Shown piece after piece: positions 52,170 to 61,085 of a DNA stretch of 64,000 nucleotides (its first letter is position 1; the number at the start of each line of letters is the position of its first letter). A model generated the notes under the pieces. It was not told the origin of the DNA. It worked only from the letters and a program-made list of their open reading frames with translations, and did no database searches. The position numbers were made by a program, and so were the translations under genes. Source of the DNA: an uncultured Planctomycetia bacterium (lineage in GTDB: Bacteria > Omnitrophota > Gorgyraeia > B26-G9); contig CAYTGV010000007.1 in the NCBI GenBank assembly GCA_964437495.1, positions 17,563 through 81,562 of the forward strand, written 5' to 3'.

Positions 52170-53308
52170 TACTGCCCACCCCCTTTCACACCAAAAAGTT
52201 CAAGATTTTTGTCTAAATTCAAAGGATTAAAGCCATTTGCTCCGCTAGAAGAAAGCATAATAACATTCAGGCCTTTGAGTACCTCAGCCATTTTTAATCC
52301 CACCAGCTTGTCTGAGCCTTTTTGCTGATAGGCATTATTTATAAGCTCTTTCTTTTTTGCCTCAGCAAGCTTTATCATCAGATCTGCCTCAGCATGTTTA
52401 GTTCTTACATAAAGATCCCGCTCTGAGTTCTTCTTTACTACATAAGCCCTTCCCTCTTCAATTCGAATCTTCATATTGGCCTCTCCCTCTTCACGCACTT
52501 TCTTTACAAGCGCTTCCTCTCCTGTTGCCTTGGCCTTGGACTGGTTGGTAAAAACCAGCTGATCTTTTAACTTCTTCTCTTCTATATTTCTCTGCAACTC
52601 ATCGCTATATTTGAAATATCGGATAAGCACATGGTCAACTATTATGCCCTTAGGCTCAAGCTCTATATTGAGCAATTCCATTGATTGCTGAGCTCTGGCT
52701 ACACGAAGCGGACTATTAAAAAATTCTTCTGTAGTCATCTCGCCCAAAGTTTCTTTAAGCTTTGGCTCAACTTTCGGGATTATTCCGTTTGTCTGATACA
52801 AGAGTCCAGGGCCTACGGTTGTAATCACTTTATATGGATCCGCAATATGATAGATAACGCTAACATCTACATCCACAAAGAATCCATCTGAGGTTTGGAT
52901 ATGTGCTGCTTTTTGAAATCCGCCCTTTTGCTTTCTTTGCCCATAATATGCTTCCGGAGAACGCACACTATCCAGATTAAACTGGATACTCTTTGCCTTA
53001 CTCTCAAGATAATCATTTAGCTCAAATACCTGCAGATCCTTGGGAAATCTGTGCATACGATGTATTCCAAAAGGAGCAATAACATGAAATCCTGTATTAT
53101 AAATCTTTTCCCTTACACCAGGATTGATCCCAATATTGATCTGCTTAATAGCAAATTCATTTGGCCGCACATAAAAAATACAATTACCAAAAAATACCGC
53201 TAAAACAAACAAAATCACAAATACCCTGACAAGCCACTTAAACATTTTTTCAAAATTTACTTTTGACATTCTGTTCATCATTTTAGCAAACTCTTCTTTT
53301 TCGTTCAT
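52169..53308 (-). CDS. SPFH/band-7 domain membrane protein (HflK-like, N-terminal TM anchor).
   Basis: N-terminal TM segment (WLVRVFVILFVLAVFFG). SPFH core with a long coiled coil. Its stop overlaps the SPFH-1 start by 1 nt. Confidence 0.8.
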   Translation of the reverse strand: MNEKEEFAKMMNRMSKVNFEKMFKWLVRVFVILFVLAVFFGNCIFYVRPNEFAIKQINIGINPGVREKIYNTGFHVIAPFGIHRMHRFPKDLQVFELNDYLESKAKSIQFNLDSVRSPEAYYGQRKQKGGFQKAAHIQTSDGFFVDVDVSVIYHIADPYKVITTVGPGLLYQTNGIIPKVEPKLKETLGEMTTEEFFNSPLRVARAQQSMELLNIELEPKGIIVDHVLIRYFKYSDELQRNIEEKKLKDQLVFTNQSKAKATGEEALVKKVREEGEANMKIRIEEGRAYVVKKNSERDLYVRTKHAEADLMIKLAEAKKKELINNAYQQKGSDKLVGLKMAEVLKGLNVIMLSSSGANGFNPLNLDKNLELFGVKGGGQ

Positions 53309-53434
53309 TCAAACAACACCCCCTTCAAAAATTTTTCAGATTTTAAAGTAGCAAGAACAAAGAAACAAGGAGCGAGATAATTATCTAATTTTCCTACTCT
53401 CTACTCTCTACTCGCTACTTTGCACTTTAGTTAA

Positions 53435-53911
53435 TTACCATATCTTTCCCTTTGCTACAGCCTTAATCACATCTCTTTTGGTTACAACTCCTGCCACTGC
53501 TCCATTATCCAGAACCACAAGATAGTAACTTTTATTTTCGCTCATAATTGTGGCTATTTCCTCTGTTGTCGTCTGCGATGTTATTGTTTGCGACTCAACT
53601 TGCATTACATCTTGCAGTTTGGTACCAGTAATTTTTTTAAGCTCTTCCTCTGTCTGCGCAACACCCAAGGGAACAAAATTGGCAAATAGGTTCAGGAATG
53701 AAGGCAGGTTTATTTTTTTATCCTGGAATATCAGGTCTTCCTCTGTAGCAATGCCTAAAAATTTTCCGCCCTCATCTACCACTGGAGCCCCGCTGATATT
53801 CTCTTTTATCAGAAAAGAGGCAAATTCACGGATCGCCAACCGCGGTGATACTAATTTGACGCTTTGAGTCATGATATCCTTGGCCAGCATATATCCTCCT
53901 TTGATAAGCAT
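53435..53911 (-). CDS. Stand-alone CBS-pair protein, first gene of the SPFH operon.
   Basis: Two CBS motifs (AKDIMTQSVKLVSP...GAPVVDEGGKFLGIATEEDL and KLQDVMQ...YYLVVLDNGAVAGVVTKRDV). Confidence 0.8.
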   Translation of the reverse strand: MLIKGGYMLAKDIMTQSVKLVSPRLAIREFASFLIKENISGAPVVDEGGKFLGIATEEDLIFQDKKINLPSFLNLFANFVPLGVAQTEEELKKITGTKLQDVMQVESQTITSQTTTEEIATIMSENKSYYLVVLDNGAVAGVVTKRDVIKAVAKGKIW

Positions 53912-54049
53912 ACCCGCTTTATACTCCTGGATTTTAAGATGGATGAAAACAAAGACAACTCAGCTTTCCTCCTAATCGCTTGGCTGTATTGTAATTTAGT
54001 GTAAACTATAGGCAGGCGCCTTGTCAACTTGATTCTTTCATGGTAAGGT

Positions 54050-54781
54050 ATGAACAAGAAAAGAGGATCACTTGTGAAGGAAAGACTAAATAAGATTATA
54101 TCAAAAAGCGGGGTTTGCTCACGCCGCAAAGCAGATGAGCTGATATCATCCGGCAAGGTAAAACTGAATGGCATTATTGTAACTGTCCTAGGCACACAGG
54201 CCGATATTGATAAAGACATTGTACTGGTCAACAATCTTCCTCTTAAAAAAGAAAAAAATGTTTACATTATATTTCACAAACCAAAAGGCTGCATCACTAC
54301 AGCTAGTGACCGATTCGCGGAGAAAACTATTTTTGATATTTTGCCTAAATTTCCCGTACGAGTTTTTCCTGTGGGCCGCTTAGACAAAAATACAGAAGGA
54401 CTTCTGATCTTGACCAATGACGGGGACCTGACACAAAAGATCCTGCATCCCAAATATGAGATCAAAAGAATCTACGAAGTCGGCATAAAAGGCAACCTGC
54501 CTAAACCAATTGTTGAAAAAATAGAAAAGGGAGGCATCAAAATCGAAGACTACAGAACCTCTGTCTGCGAAATCAAAATTCTCAGCCGCAGTGAATTAAA
54601 AACACAGTTAACCCTTTCCCTGCATGAAGGTAAAAAGAGAGAAATCAGAAAGATTTTTGATGCAGTTGATCATCCGGTGATTTACTTGAAAAGAATTCAA
54701 TTCGACGCTTTAAAACTAGGAGCCCTTCCAAAAGGGAAATGGAAATATATTGCTAAAAAGGTACTTTTAGGAAAAAATTAA
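54050..54781 (+). CDS. S4-domain pseudouridine synthase (RsuA/RluB family).
   Basis: S4 domain (ERLNKIISKSGVCSRRKADELISSGKVKLNG). Catalytic VGRLDKNTEGLLILTNDG motif. An alternative GTG start at about 54071 has an AAGAGGA RBS. Confidence 0.85.
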   Translation: MNKKRGSLVKERLNKIISKSGVCSRRKADELISSGKVKLNGIIVTVLGTQADIDKDIVLVNNLPLKKEKNVYIIFHKPKGCITTASDRFAEKTIFDILPKFPVRVFPVGRLDKNTEGLLILTNDGDLTQKILHPKYEIKRIYEVGIKGNLPKPIVEKIEKGGIKIEDYRTSVCEIKILSRSELKTQLTLSLHEGKKREIRKIFDAVDHPVIYLKRIQFDALKLGALPKGKWKYIAKKVLLGKN

Positions 54782-54828
54782 TATCTCAGAGATTAATCCA
54801 ATAATTTATATTTAAAGATTAGATATAT

Positions 54829-56505
54829 ATGCATTTGCGAGATCGAAAAATACAAACACTATTACTTTCATGCTTAATACTGTTTCATATTATAAATAAT
54901 GCCTCCTGGCTGTTCACCCACACCCCTAATTTTTATTGCCGCGGAAAGGCCTGGGAAGAACATCTCAATGGATATGCCTTATTAGTTAATAAAATACAGC
55001 ATGGCACAGAACACCACTCCTATAATCAAAATAAGTCCGCTTTATCAAATTTATTTTTTATCAACACCTTTTACCCGCCGCTGTATTATTATGCCGCGTT
55101 TTTTTTAAAAACTACCCTCGGATTTATTTCGCCTAAGATTATTATGCTAACATCAAGCATGTTTCTTGCTCTGCTTTTAATCTATTTATACAAGCTATCA
55201 GAACTGCTCTACCCAGGCAGCGGACTTTTCGCAGCATTTATATGCTCATTTCTTCCGGAGATATATGAGGCCGCCCGGGCCTTCAATCATGTAACCGCTG
55301 TATGCGCCATGGTCGTGGTAAACCTGTATTATTTACTTAAAACAGATGCCTTCAAGAACAGGCATTATTGCATAATGCTCGGAATATGTTTTGGCATCGC
55401 CATGCTTATTAAATATACTTTCTTTGTTTTTTTAGCCATACCGCTGGCTATAAGCACATATGAAGCAATCCTCTGGGGACAACAGGAAAAACAATACTGG
55501 ATACTAAAAAATATAGCTCTCTCAGCACTTACCGCCATCATCATTGCTGGACTATTTTATTTTAATCCGACTGTAATTAAAGACCTTATCACGCGGGCAT
55601 TTAATATGAACCGCTTTTCAATATCCCATATTGTGGGCAATCTAAACTTTTTAAATAGACTGGCTTTTTATATTGATTTCTTATATGCGCAATTTCTTAA
55701 AAATTCTGCGGGAGTTTTAATTATATTATCCGCTATAGTGTTTTTCATTAAAAAAAATCCCGGTAAAAAAATTCTTGGCTCAACCATTCTGGGGTCCCTT
55801 TTTCTAATTAGCCTGGTTCCGAAATACCCGCCTTTTCAAGAATACACCATGGCAATAATCCCTTTGCTTTCAATAGCCGCAAGTATCGGATTGTTAAACA
55901 TGCAGGCCCCCAGGCCTATTCTTAGAATAGCAAAAACAGGCATACTGTCATTGCTGCTTATTTTGCTGCCTTTTTTTTATTCTCTCAAAGCAGAAGGTTC
56001 TCCCGCCTTCTGCTTTGATGATAATTCCATAGATAAACTTTTCAAGAGTATCGGCAACGAACAAACTCCTATAGGTTATTTCGCAGATGAGTACCATTCA
56101 GTGGATTTTCTAAGCTTTGAAAAGTTCTTAGTACTTTGGAGTAAAAACAAGGCCCCGGTTAAGAATTTCTTCACTTCTCCTACTGATTTTTGTAAAAATT
56201 TCAATCACTTCCACACGCTAATATATCTCAGCAGCAATAAGCAGGACTGGCCAGAATTTCACAGCCTTATGCTAAGTGTAGAATCTTTTTGCCAAAAGAA
56301 CAGCATTAAACTGGTGTGGAACGAATCTCGCCCCGCAAAGTTTGATGGGAAAAATTTAATGCTATCCAAAAAACAGCTCAAAAAATTCCAAGATTCAAAA
56401 ATTGAATTCATCAAAACAGGCCAGGTGCGGTTTTTTAGAGAATACTCGCTTACCGGACCTTCAGTTGATGTATTTATCTATAAACGCATTCAGGGTCCTA
56501 ATTGA
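54829..56505 (+). CDS. Polytopic membrane protein, probably a GT-C family glycosyltransferase (ArnT/PMT_2-like).
   Basis: More than 10 predicted TM segments in the N-terminal 400 aa, then a soluble C-terminal domain. The architecture and motifs loosely resemble ArnT-like undecaprenyl-phosphate glycosyltransferases. Confidence 0.45.
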   Translation: MHLRDRKIQTLLLSCLILFHIINNASWLFTHTPNFYCRGKAWEEHLNGYALLVNKIQHGTEHHSYNQNKSALSNLFFINTFYPPLYYYAAFFLKTTLGFISPKIIMLTSSMFLALLLIYLYKLSELLYPGSGLFAAFICSFLPEIYEAARAFNHVTAVCAMVVVNLYYLLKTDAFKNRHYCIMLGICFGIAMLIKYTFFVFLAIPLAISTYEAILWGQQEKQYWILKNIALSALTAIIIAGLFYFNPTVIKDLITRAFNMNRFSISHIVGNLNFLNRLAFYIDFLYAQFLKNSAGVLIILSAIVFFIKKNPGKKILGSTILGSLFLISLVPKYPPFQEYTMAIIPLLSIAASIGLLNMQAPRPILRIAKTGILSLLLILLPFFYSLKAEGSPAFCFDDNSIDKLFKSIGNEQTPIGYFADEYHSVDFLSFEKFLVLWSKNKAPVKNFFTSPTDFCKNFNHFHTLIYLSSNKQDWPEFHSLMLSVESFCQKNSIKLVWNESRPAKFDGKNLMLSKKQLKKFQDSKIEFIKTGQVRFFREYSLTGPSVDVFIYKRIQGPN

Positions 56506-56519
56506 TATATCGCTGTTTT

Positions 56520-57689
56520 TTAGCGGGGTTTGATCTGGCCAGTTTTAAAAAGCGCTACTTTTACAAAAAACGGCCCGATGATCTCATAGATTATCGTTGT
56601 TGCGGCTATTGTCGTGAATATTATACTTCCAAGTTCAGGAAAAACACTCTTGGAGATCAAGGCCATGCCAAGAGCTACGCCAGCCTGAGGCATTTGAGCA
56701 ATACCCATATATTTTTTTACATCAGTTCCAGCATGAGAAAAAATCGCCCCAAAATAAGTACCAATGCATTTTCCCATCACTCGCGCAACAAGATAGACTA
56801 CTCCGATAAGACCTACATGTTTGAGCACATCTATTTCCAGGTTCGCTCCGGCAAGGACAAAAAAGATAAGATATATCGGCCAATCAATTTCTTGCAATAC
56901 TTCAAAAAACCGAAAACTCTCTTTATCTATGTTCACAATAACAGTTGATAAAATCATACACGACAACAAGACAGATAAATGAAAATGCAAAGCAAGCCCG
57001 GCTGTAAAAAAAATCGTGCCTATTGTATATATCAAAAGATCCCTTTTACTGCGAATGTGATAGGCGAATGTGCAGAACATCCAGCCGATAATGCTGCCCA
57101 TAAATAAAGAAAGTGCTATTTCAAACATGGCACTTCCGATCACCTGCATCAGGCTTGTTACCTGATGAAAGTGTATCTTTTTGGCAAAAGCCAGACACAC
57201 TGAAAACACGATCAACCCCCAAGCATCATCAATAGCCACAACTCCCATCAGAATATCAGTGAATTTCCCCTTGGCTTTATATTGCCTGATAACCATTATC
57301 AAAGCCGCTGGAGCCGTTGCCGTAGCAACAGCGCCAAAAATAAGCGCCACATATAAAGGCAGTCCAATCATGAGTGTGCCCAACACGACAAAAAGCCATG
57401 CCCCGGAAGCAGCCAAGATAGATATCCAAAGAACTTGTTTCCCTATCTGCTTGAAAATTTGAAGCGAAAAATTCTGGCCAATACTAAAAGCGATCAGGCT
57501 TAGGGCAAAATTAGAAATAGTCCCGGAAGATTTTATAACACTTAGAGACACAAATCCAGCCACATATGGGCCGATCAGTATGCCCAGAACAAGATAGGCC
57601 GTGATTGCCGGAGTCTTGATCTTTTCAGCGACCTTTCCGGACAAGACCCCAAATAATAATACCAGGCTTATGCCGAGGATCAGATTCAT
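56520..57689 (-). CDS. Cation/H+ antiporter (Na_H_exchanger fold, CPA superfamily), paralog 1. No RCK/KTN domain.
   Basis: 389 aa, about 11-13 TM. N-terminal AITAYLVLGILIGP motif and an AIDDAWGLI segment are typical of CPA transporters. Confidence 0.75.
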   Translation of the reverse strand: MNLILGISLVLLFGVLSGKVAEKIKTPAITAYLVLGILIGPYVAGFVSLSVIKSSGTISNFALSLIAFSIGQNFSLQIFKQIGKQVLWISILAASGAWLFVVLGTLMIGLPLYVALIFGAVATATAPAALIMVIRQYKAKGKFTDILMGVVAIDDAWGLIVFSVCLAFAKKIHFHQVTSLMQVIGSAMFEIALSLFMGSIIGWMFCTFAYHIRSKRDLLIYTIGTIFFTAGLALHFHLSVLLSCMILSTVIVNIDKESFRFFEVLQEIDWPIYLIFFVLAGANLEIDVLKHVGLIGVVYLVARVMGKCIGTYFGAIFSHAGTDVKKYMGIAQMPQAGVALGMALISKSVFPELGSIIFTTIAATTIIYEIIGPFFVKVALFKTGQIKPR

Positions 57690-58163
57690 TTAAGCAAGTC
57701 CTCTTTCTTTAAAGACCTTCATGACAATATCAAAAACACTGATAAGCCCCACAAGCTTCTTATCTTTATCTATTACTGGTATTGCCTGGCGACTATGCAG
57801 CTGCATCAGGTCATAGGCTTTTTTAATATCTTCATCCTGCTCTATCTTTACTACCTTTTTATCCATAATATCCGCCACGATCACCAGCAACCCCATACCT
57901 TCTTCAATATCAACATCAAAGATATTTGCCGGCTCCCGGCTGATCATTGATAAGGGATTATGCATGAGCAGATCCTGATGATGCGGTTTAAATATATCAA
58001 AAAACGACTGGATACGTACTATCCCAAGCAGAGTATCATCATCATCTACTACCGGCACCGCAGGAAAACTATGAAACTTGCTGAATAACTCAAGTAATTG
58101 CGCAAGGGTCGTCCCTCGTTTAACAGAGATTACCTCGGTCTGCATATTGTTTTTTACCTGCAT
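57690..58163 (-). CDS. Stand-alone CBS-pair protein, paralog 1. Its stop is adjacent to the antiporter-1 start.
   Basis: Two CBS motifs. The start is set at MQVKNN (58163), which has a GGGGGAG RBS. The track start is an unlikely TTG. Confidence 0.8.
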   Translation of the reverse strand: MQVKNNMQTEVISVKRGTTLAQLLELFSKFHSFPAVPVVDDDDTLLGIVRIQSFFDIFKPHHQDLLMHNPLSMISREPANIFDVDIEEGMGLLVIVADIMDKKVVKIEQDEDIKKAYDLMQLHSRQAIPVIDKDKKLVGLISVFDIVMKVFKERGLA

Positions 58164-58192
58164 ATTATCTCCCCCAAACAATAAGTGTTTTA

Positions 58193-59362
58193 TTAATTCG
58201 AATGAATCTGGTTAGTCTTATGTAAGGCTATTTTCACAAAATACGGACCAATGATTTCATAAATAACCGTAGTTGCGGCAACTGTGGTAAAGATAATGCT
58301 GCCGGCCTGAGGAAACTGTTCTTTGGCAATTAAAGCCATTCCCAGAGCAACTCCAGCCTGAGGGAAAAGCCCCAGGCTTAAATATTTTTTAATATCATCA
58401 TCTGACTTGGCAATAACAGCCCCTAGATAAGTACCGATAAACTTTCCCACCACACGAAAGATCAGATAAACTAAGCCAATAACTCCTATTTGCATCAAAA
58501 GATCTATTTCCAGACTAGCCCCAGCTAAGACAAAAAACACAAGATATATCGGCCAATCAACATGCCCTAATACATCAAAAAATTTAAAGCTTTCATTATT
58601 AAGGTTTACAACAACTGCAGCCAAAAACATACAGCTTAACAGCACGGAAGCATGAAAATGCAAGGCCAATCCGGTTGTCACAAAAATAAATCCCAGGGTA
58701 CAGATTAAAAGCTCGGTTTGGTTCTTCAACGCTCTTCCCGCGCGGCTTAGCATAAAGCCTAAAAGCCCGCCTAAAATAAATGCCTTGCCTATTTCCAGCA
58801 GCGAGCCTAACACAACATTAAACATGCTCGTAGAAAGATGTGCATACATTGCCTTGGCAATAGCCAGAGATATAGAAAAAATAATCAATCCCCAGGCATC
58901 ATCCAAAGCAACAACTCCCATAAGCACATCAACAAATTGACCTCTTGCCTTATATTCTCTGACAACCATAATAATTGCTGCCGGAGCACTGGCAGCAGCA
59001 ATAGCCCCGAATATAAGCGCCAGATATCCAGGAACCTTGAAACAAAGCAGCGCAATAACTGTTATAAGCCATGCGCCAACAGCCTCCATAATAGAGATCC
59101 AAAGCACCTGCTTGCCTACATTGCGAAAGGTGGCTTTTGAAAAATTCTGGCCAATACTAAAGGCAATCAGGCTTAGGGCAATCTGCGATATTGTCCCGGA
59201 TATTTTTATAATATTCATGGGCAAAATATTTAATACAAAAGGACCGATCAGTATGCCCAGAACAAGATAGGCCGTGATTGCCGGGGTCTTGACCTTTTCA
59301 GCAACCTTTCCGAACATCAGGCCAAAAATAAAAATTACACCAATTCCTAAAATAAAATTCAC
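58193..59362 (-). CDS. Cation/H+ antiporter, paralog 2.
   Basis: Same architecture as 56520-57689. It is clearly homologous but substantially diverged. Confidence 0.75.
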   Translation of the reverse strand: MNFILGIGVIFIFGLMFGKVAEKVKTPAITAYLVLGILIGPFVLNILPMNIIKISGTISQIALSLIAFSIGQNFSKATFRNVGKQVLWISIMEAVGAWLITVIALLCFKVPGYLALIFGAIAAASAPAAIIMVVREYKARGQFVDVLMGVVALDDAWGLIIFSISLAIAKAMYAHLSTSMFNVVLGSLLEIGKAFILGGLLGFMLSRAGRALKNQTELLICTLGFIFVTTGLALHFHASVLLSCMFLAAVVVNLNNESFKFFDVLGHVDWPIYLVFFVLAGASLEIDLLMQIGVIGLVYLIFRVVGKFIGTYLGAVIAKSDDDIKKYLSLGLFPQAGVALGMALIAKEQFPQAGSIIFTTVAATTVIYEIIGPYFVKIALHKTNQIHSN

Positions 59363-59836
59363 TTAAACAAGTCCTCTTTCTTTAAAGACCTTCATGACAA
59401 TATCAAAAACACTGATAAGCCCCACAAGTCTCTTATCTTTATCTATTACTGGTATTGACTGACGACTATGCAGCTGCATCAGATCATAGGCCTTTTTAAG
59501 ATCTTCATCCTGCCCGACCTTCACTATCTTTTTATCCATAATATCCGCCACGATCACCAGCAGCCCCATACCTTCTTCGATATCAACATCAAAGATATTT
59601 GCCGGCTCCCGGCTGATCATTGACAAGGGATTATGCATGAGCAGATCCTGATTATGCGGTTTAAATATATCAAAAAACGACTGGATATGTACTATCCCAA
59701 GCAGAGTATTATCATCATCTACTACCGGCACCACCGGAAAGCTATGAAACTTGCTGAATAACTCAAGTAATTGCGCAAGAGTTGTCCCTCGTTTAACAGA
59801 GATTACCTCGGCCTGCATATTGTTTTTTACCAGCAT
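59363..59836 (-). CDS. Stand-alone CBS-pair protein, paralog 2. Its stop is adjacent to the antiporter-2 start.
   Basis: About 92% identical (144/157) to the CBS protein at 57690-58163. The start is set at MLVKNN (59836), which has an AAGGTG RBS. Confidence 0.8.
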   Translation of the reverse strand: MLVKNNMQAEVISVKRGTTLAQLLELFSKFHSFPVVPVVDDDNTLLGIVHIQSFFDIFKPHNQDLLMHNPLSMISREPANIFDVDIEEGMGLLVIVADIMDKKIVKVGQDEDLKKAYDLMQLHSRQSIPVIDKDKRLVGLISVFDIVMKVFKERGLV

Positions 59837-60354
59837 ATGAGCACCTTTCATTTTTATATTCAAACAAGAAAATAATTATAGTCTCTTACTATTATAAATG
59901 CAATTAAAAAAGAAAAGTTATCCTTAATATAATTTTTTCCTTACAACCCTAATTCCATGCTGATTCCCTGCGAGGTTAACCCGCTGCACTTGCTTTATAG
60001 CCTGGCTTTCCTGCGCCATAACGGCAAACCCTAGAGATTTTGCCCGCACTTGATTTATCGTCCCGTAAAAATATATTTGCTGCGTTCTATGGAGCATACC
60101 GCTTTTACGCAAAGTAACAACAAGGTTATGGTTTCTATCTAACTTCCATGTGCCGATAAATGCGATCTTCGGCGACCATGCATACTGCTATCTCCAGACT
60201 TTATGTGCAGACAGATTATACATAAGATTGTTTTTGCGGTCCACCGTGAAAAGTTCCCCGAACCGAGATTTTCTTTTTATCCCAGATACTGGACAGCTAA
60301 TTTTGCCTATCAATAGCATATTGATATTCAATCATAAGCTCTCTGCCGGGTTAA

Positions 60355-61044
60355 TCAGACATTAAAACGTATATCTAACATATCACCGCTTGTAATAACA
60401 TAGTCTTTATCTACCAGCCGAACAAAACCCTGTGTCCTTGCCTCCTGCATATTATGCACAGTATCAAAATCCCGAAAGTTTACGATTTCCGCTTTTATAA
60501 ATCCTCTGGCCAGGTCTGAATGGATCTTGCCTGCGCAAGTCACCGCATCCGAGCCTTTCTTAACCGGCCAGGACCGGACCTCCTGCTTGCCGGCTGTATA
60601 AAAAAACATCATTCCGGATTTATCAAAAGCCTTGGCAATCAAATCATTCACTTCTATAGCCCCCTCAACAACGATTGTCGGGGTTAAGCTCAAAGGCGCA
60701 AGTTCTTTTATTTTTACATATTCATCCGGAGTAAAATCAATATCACAAGCAGGGATTTCCTTTTCTAACTTCAGCTGGCATTTCTCTAATGCGGCTTTTT
60801 CTGCCATATCATTTGAGTTAGCTATACGATTATCAACCTTCTCCATGTCCATTATCAAAAAGTCAAGCAGCTTATCCCTAGAAACAACAATGCAGTCAGC
60901 ATTCATATAATCTTCTTTGATAAACTCCGCAAAAAAAGGCGATATTTTTTTTGGCGCAAATTTTTCTGTCAGCTTTATAATTATCGCATCATTGTATTTG
61001 GTTTTTCCTTCCGGCAAATCTACTCCTAAAAAACTAATCTTCAT
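60355..61044 (-). CDS. YchF/OLA1-like protein that retains the coiled-coil insert and the C-terminal TGS/DUF933 domain but lacks the GTPase core (degenerate P-loop, no G2-G4).
   Basis: The C-terminus (GKIHSDLARGFIKAEIVNFRDF...GFVRLVDKDYVITSGDMLDIRFNV) aligns with the YchF TGS domain. The N-terminus (GVDLPEGKT) is a P-loop remnant. The protein is 229 aa, against about 363 for YchF. Confidence 0.55.
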   Translation of the reverse strand: MKISFLGVDLPEGKTKYNDAIIIKLTEKFAPKKISPFFAEFIKEDYMNADCIVVSRDKLLDFLIMDMEKVDNRIANSNDMAEKAALEKCQLKLEKEIPACDIDFTPDEYVKIKELAPLSLTPTIVVEGAIEVNDLIAKAFDKSGMMFFYTAGKQEVRSWPVKKGSDAVTCAGKIHSDLARGFIKAEIVNFRDFDTVHNMQEARTQGFVRLVDKDYVITSGDMLDIRFNV

Positions 61045-61085
61045 TCTTTTTTCTCTCCTTATTTAGCTGGCCTCTGCGGAGTGAA

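Noticed and set aside
56502-56948. 148-aa plus-strand ORF after the GT-C gene
   Set aside because: It is antisense to the well-supported antiporter gene 56520-57689. The convergent genes are separated by only about 14 bp.
59924-60112. 62-aa minus-strand ORF in the intergenic region upstream of the CBS/antiporter operon
   Set aside because: It requires a TTG start, has no SD and shows no recognisable motif. It is kept only as part of the unexplained leader region.
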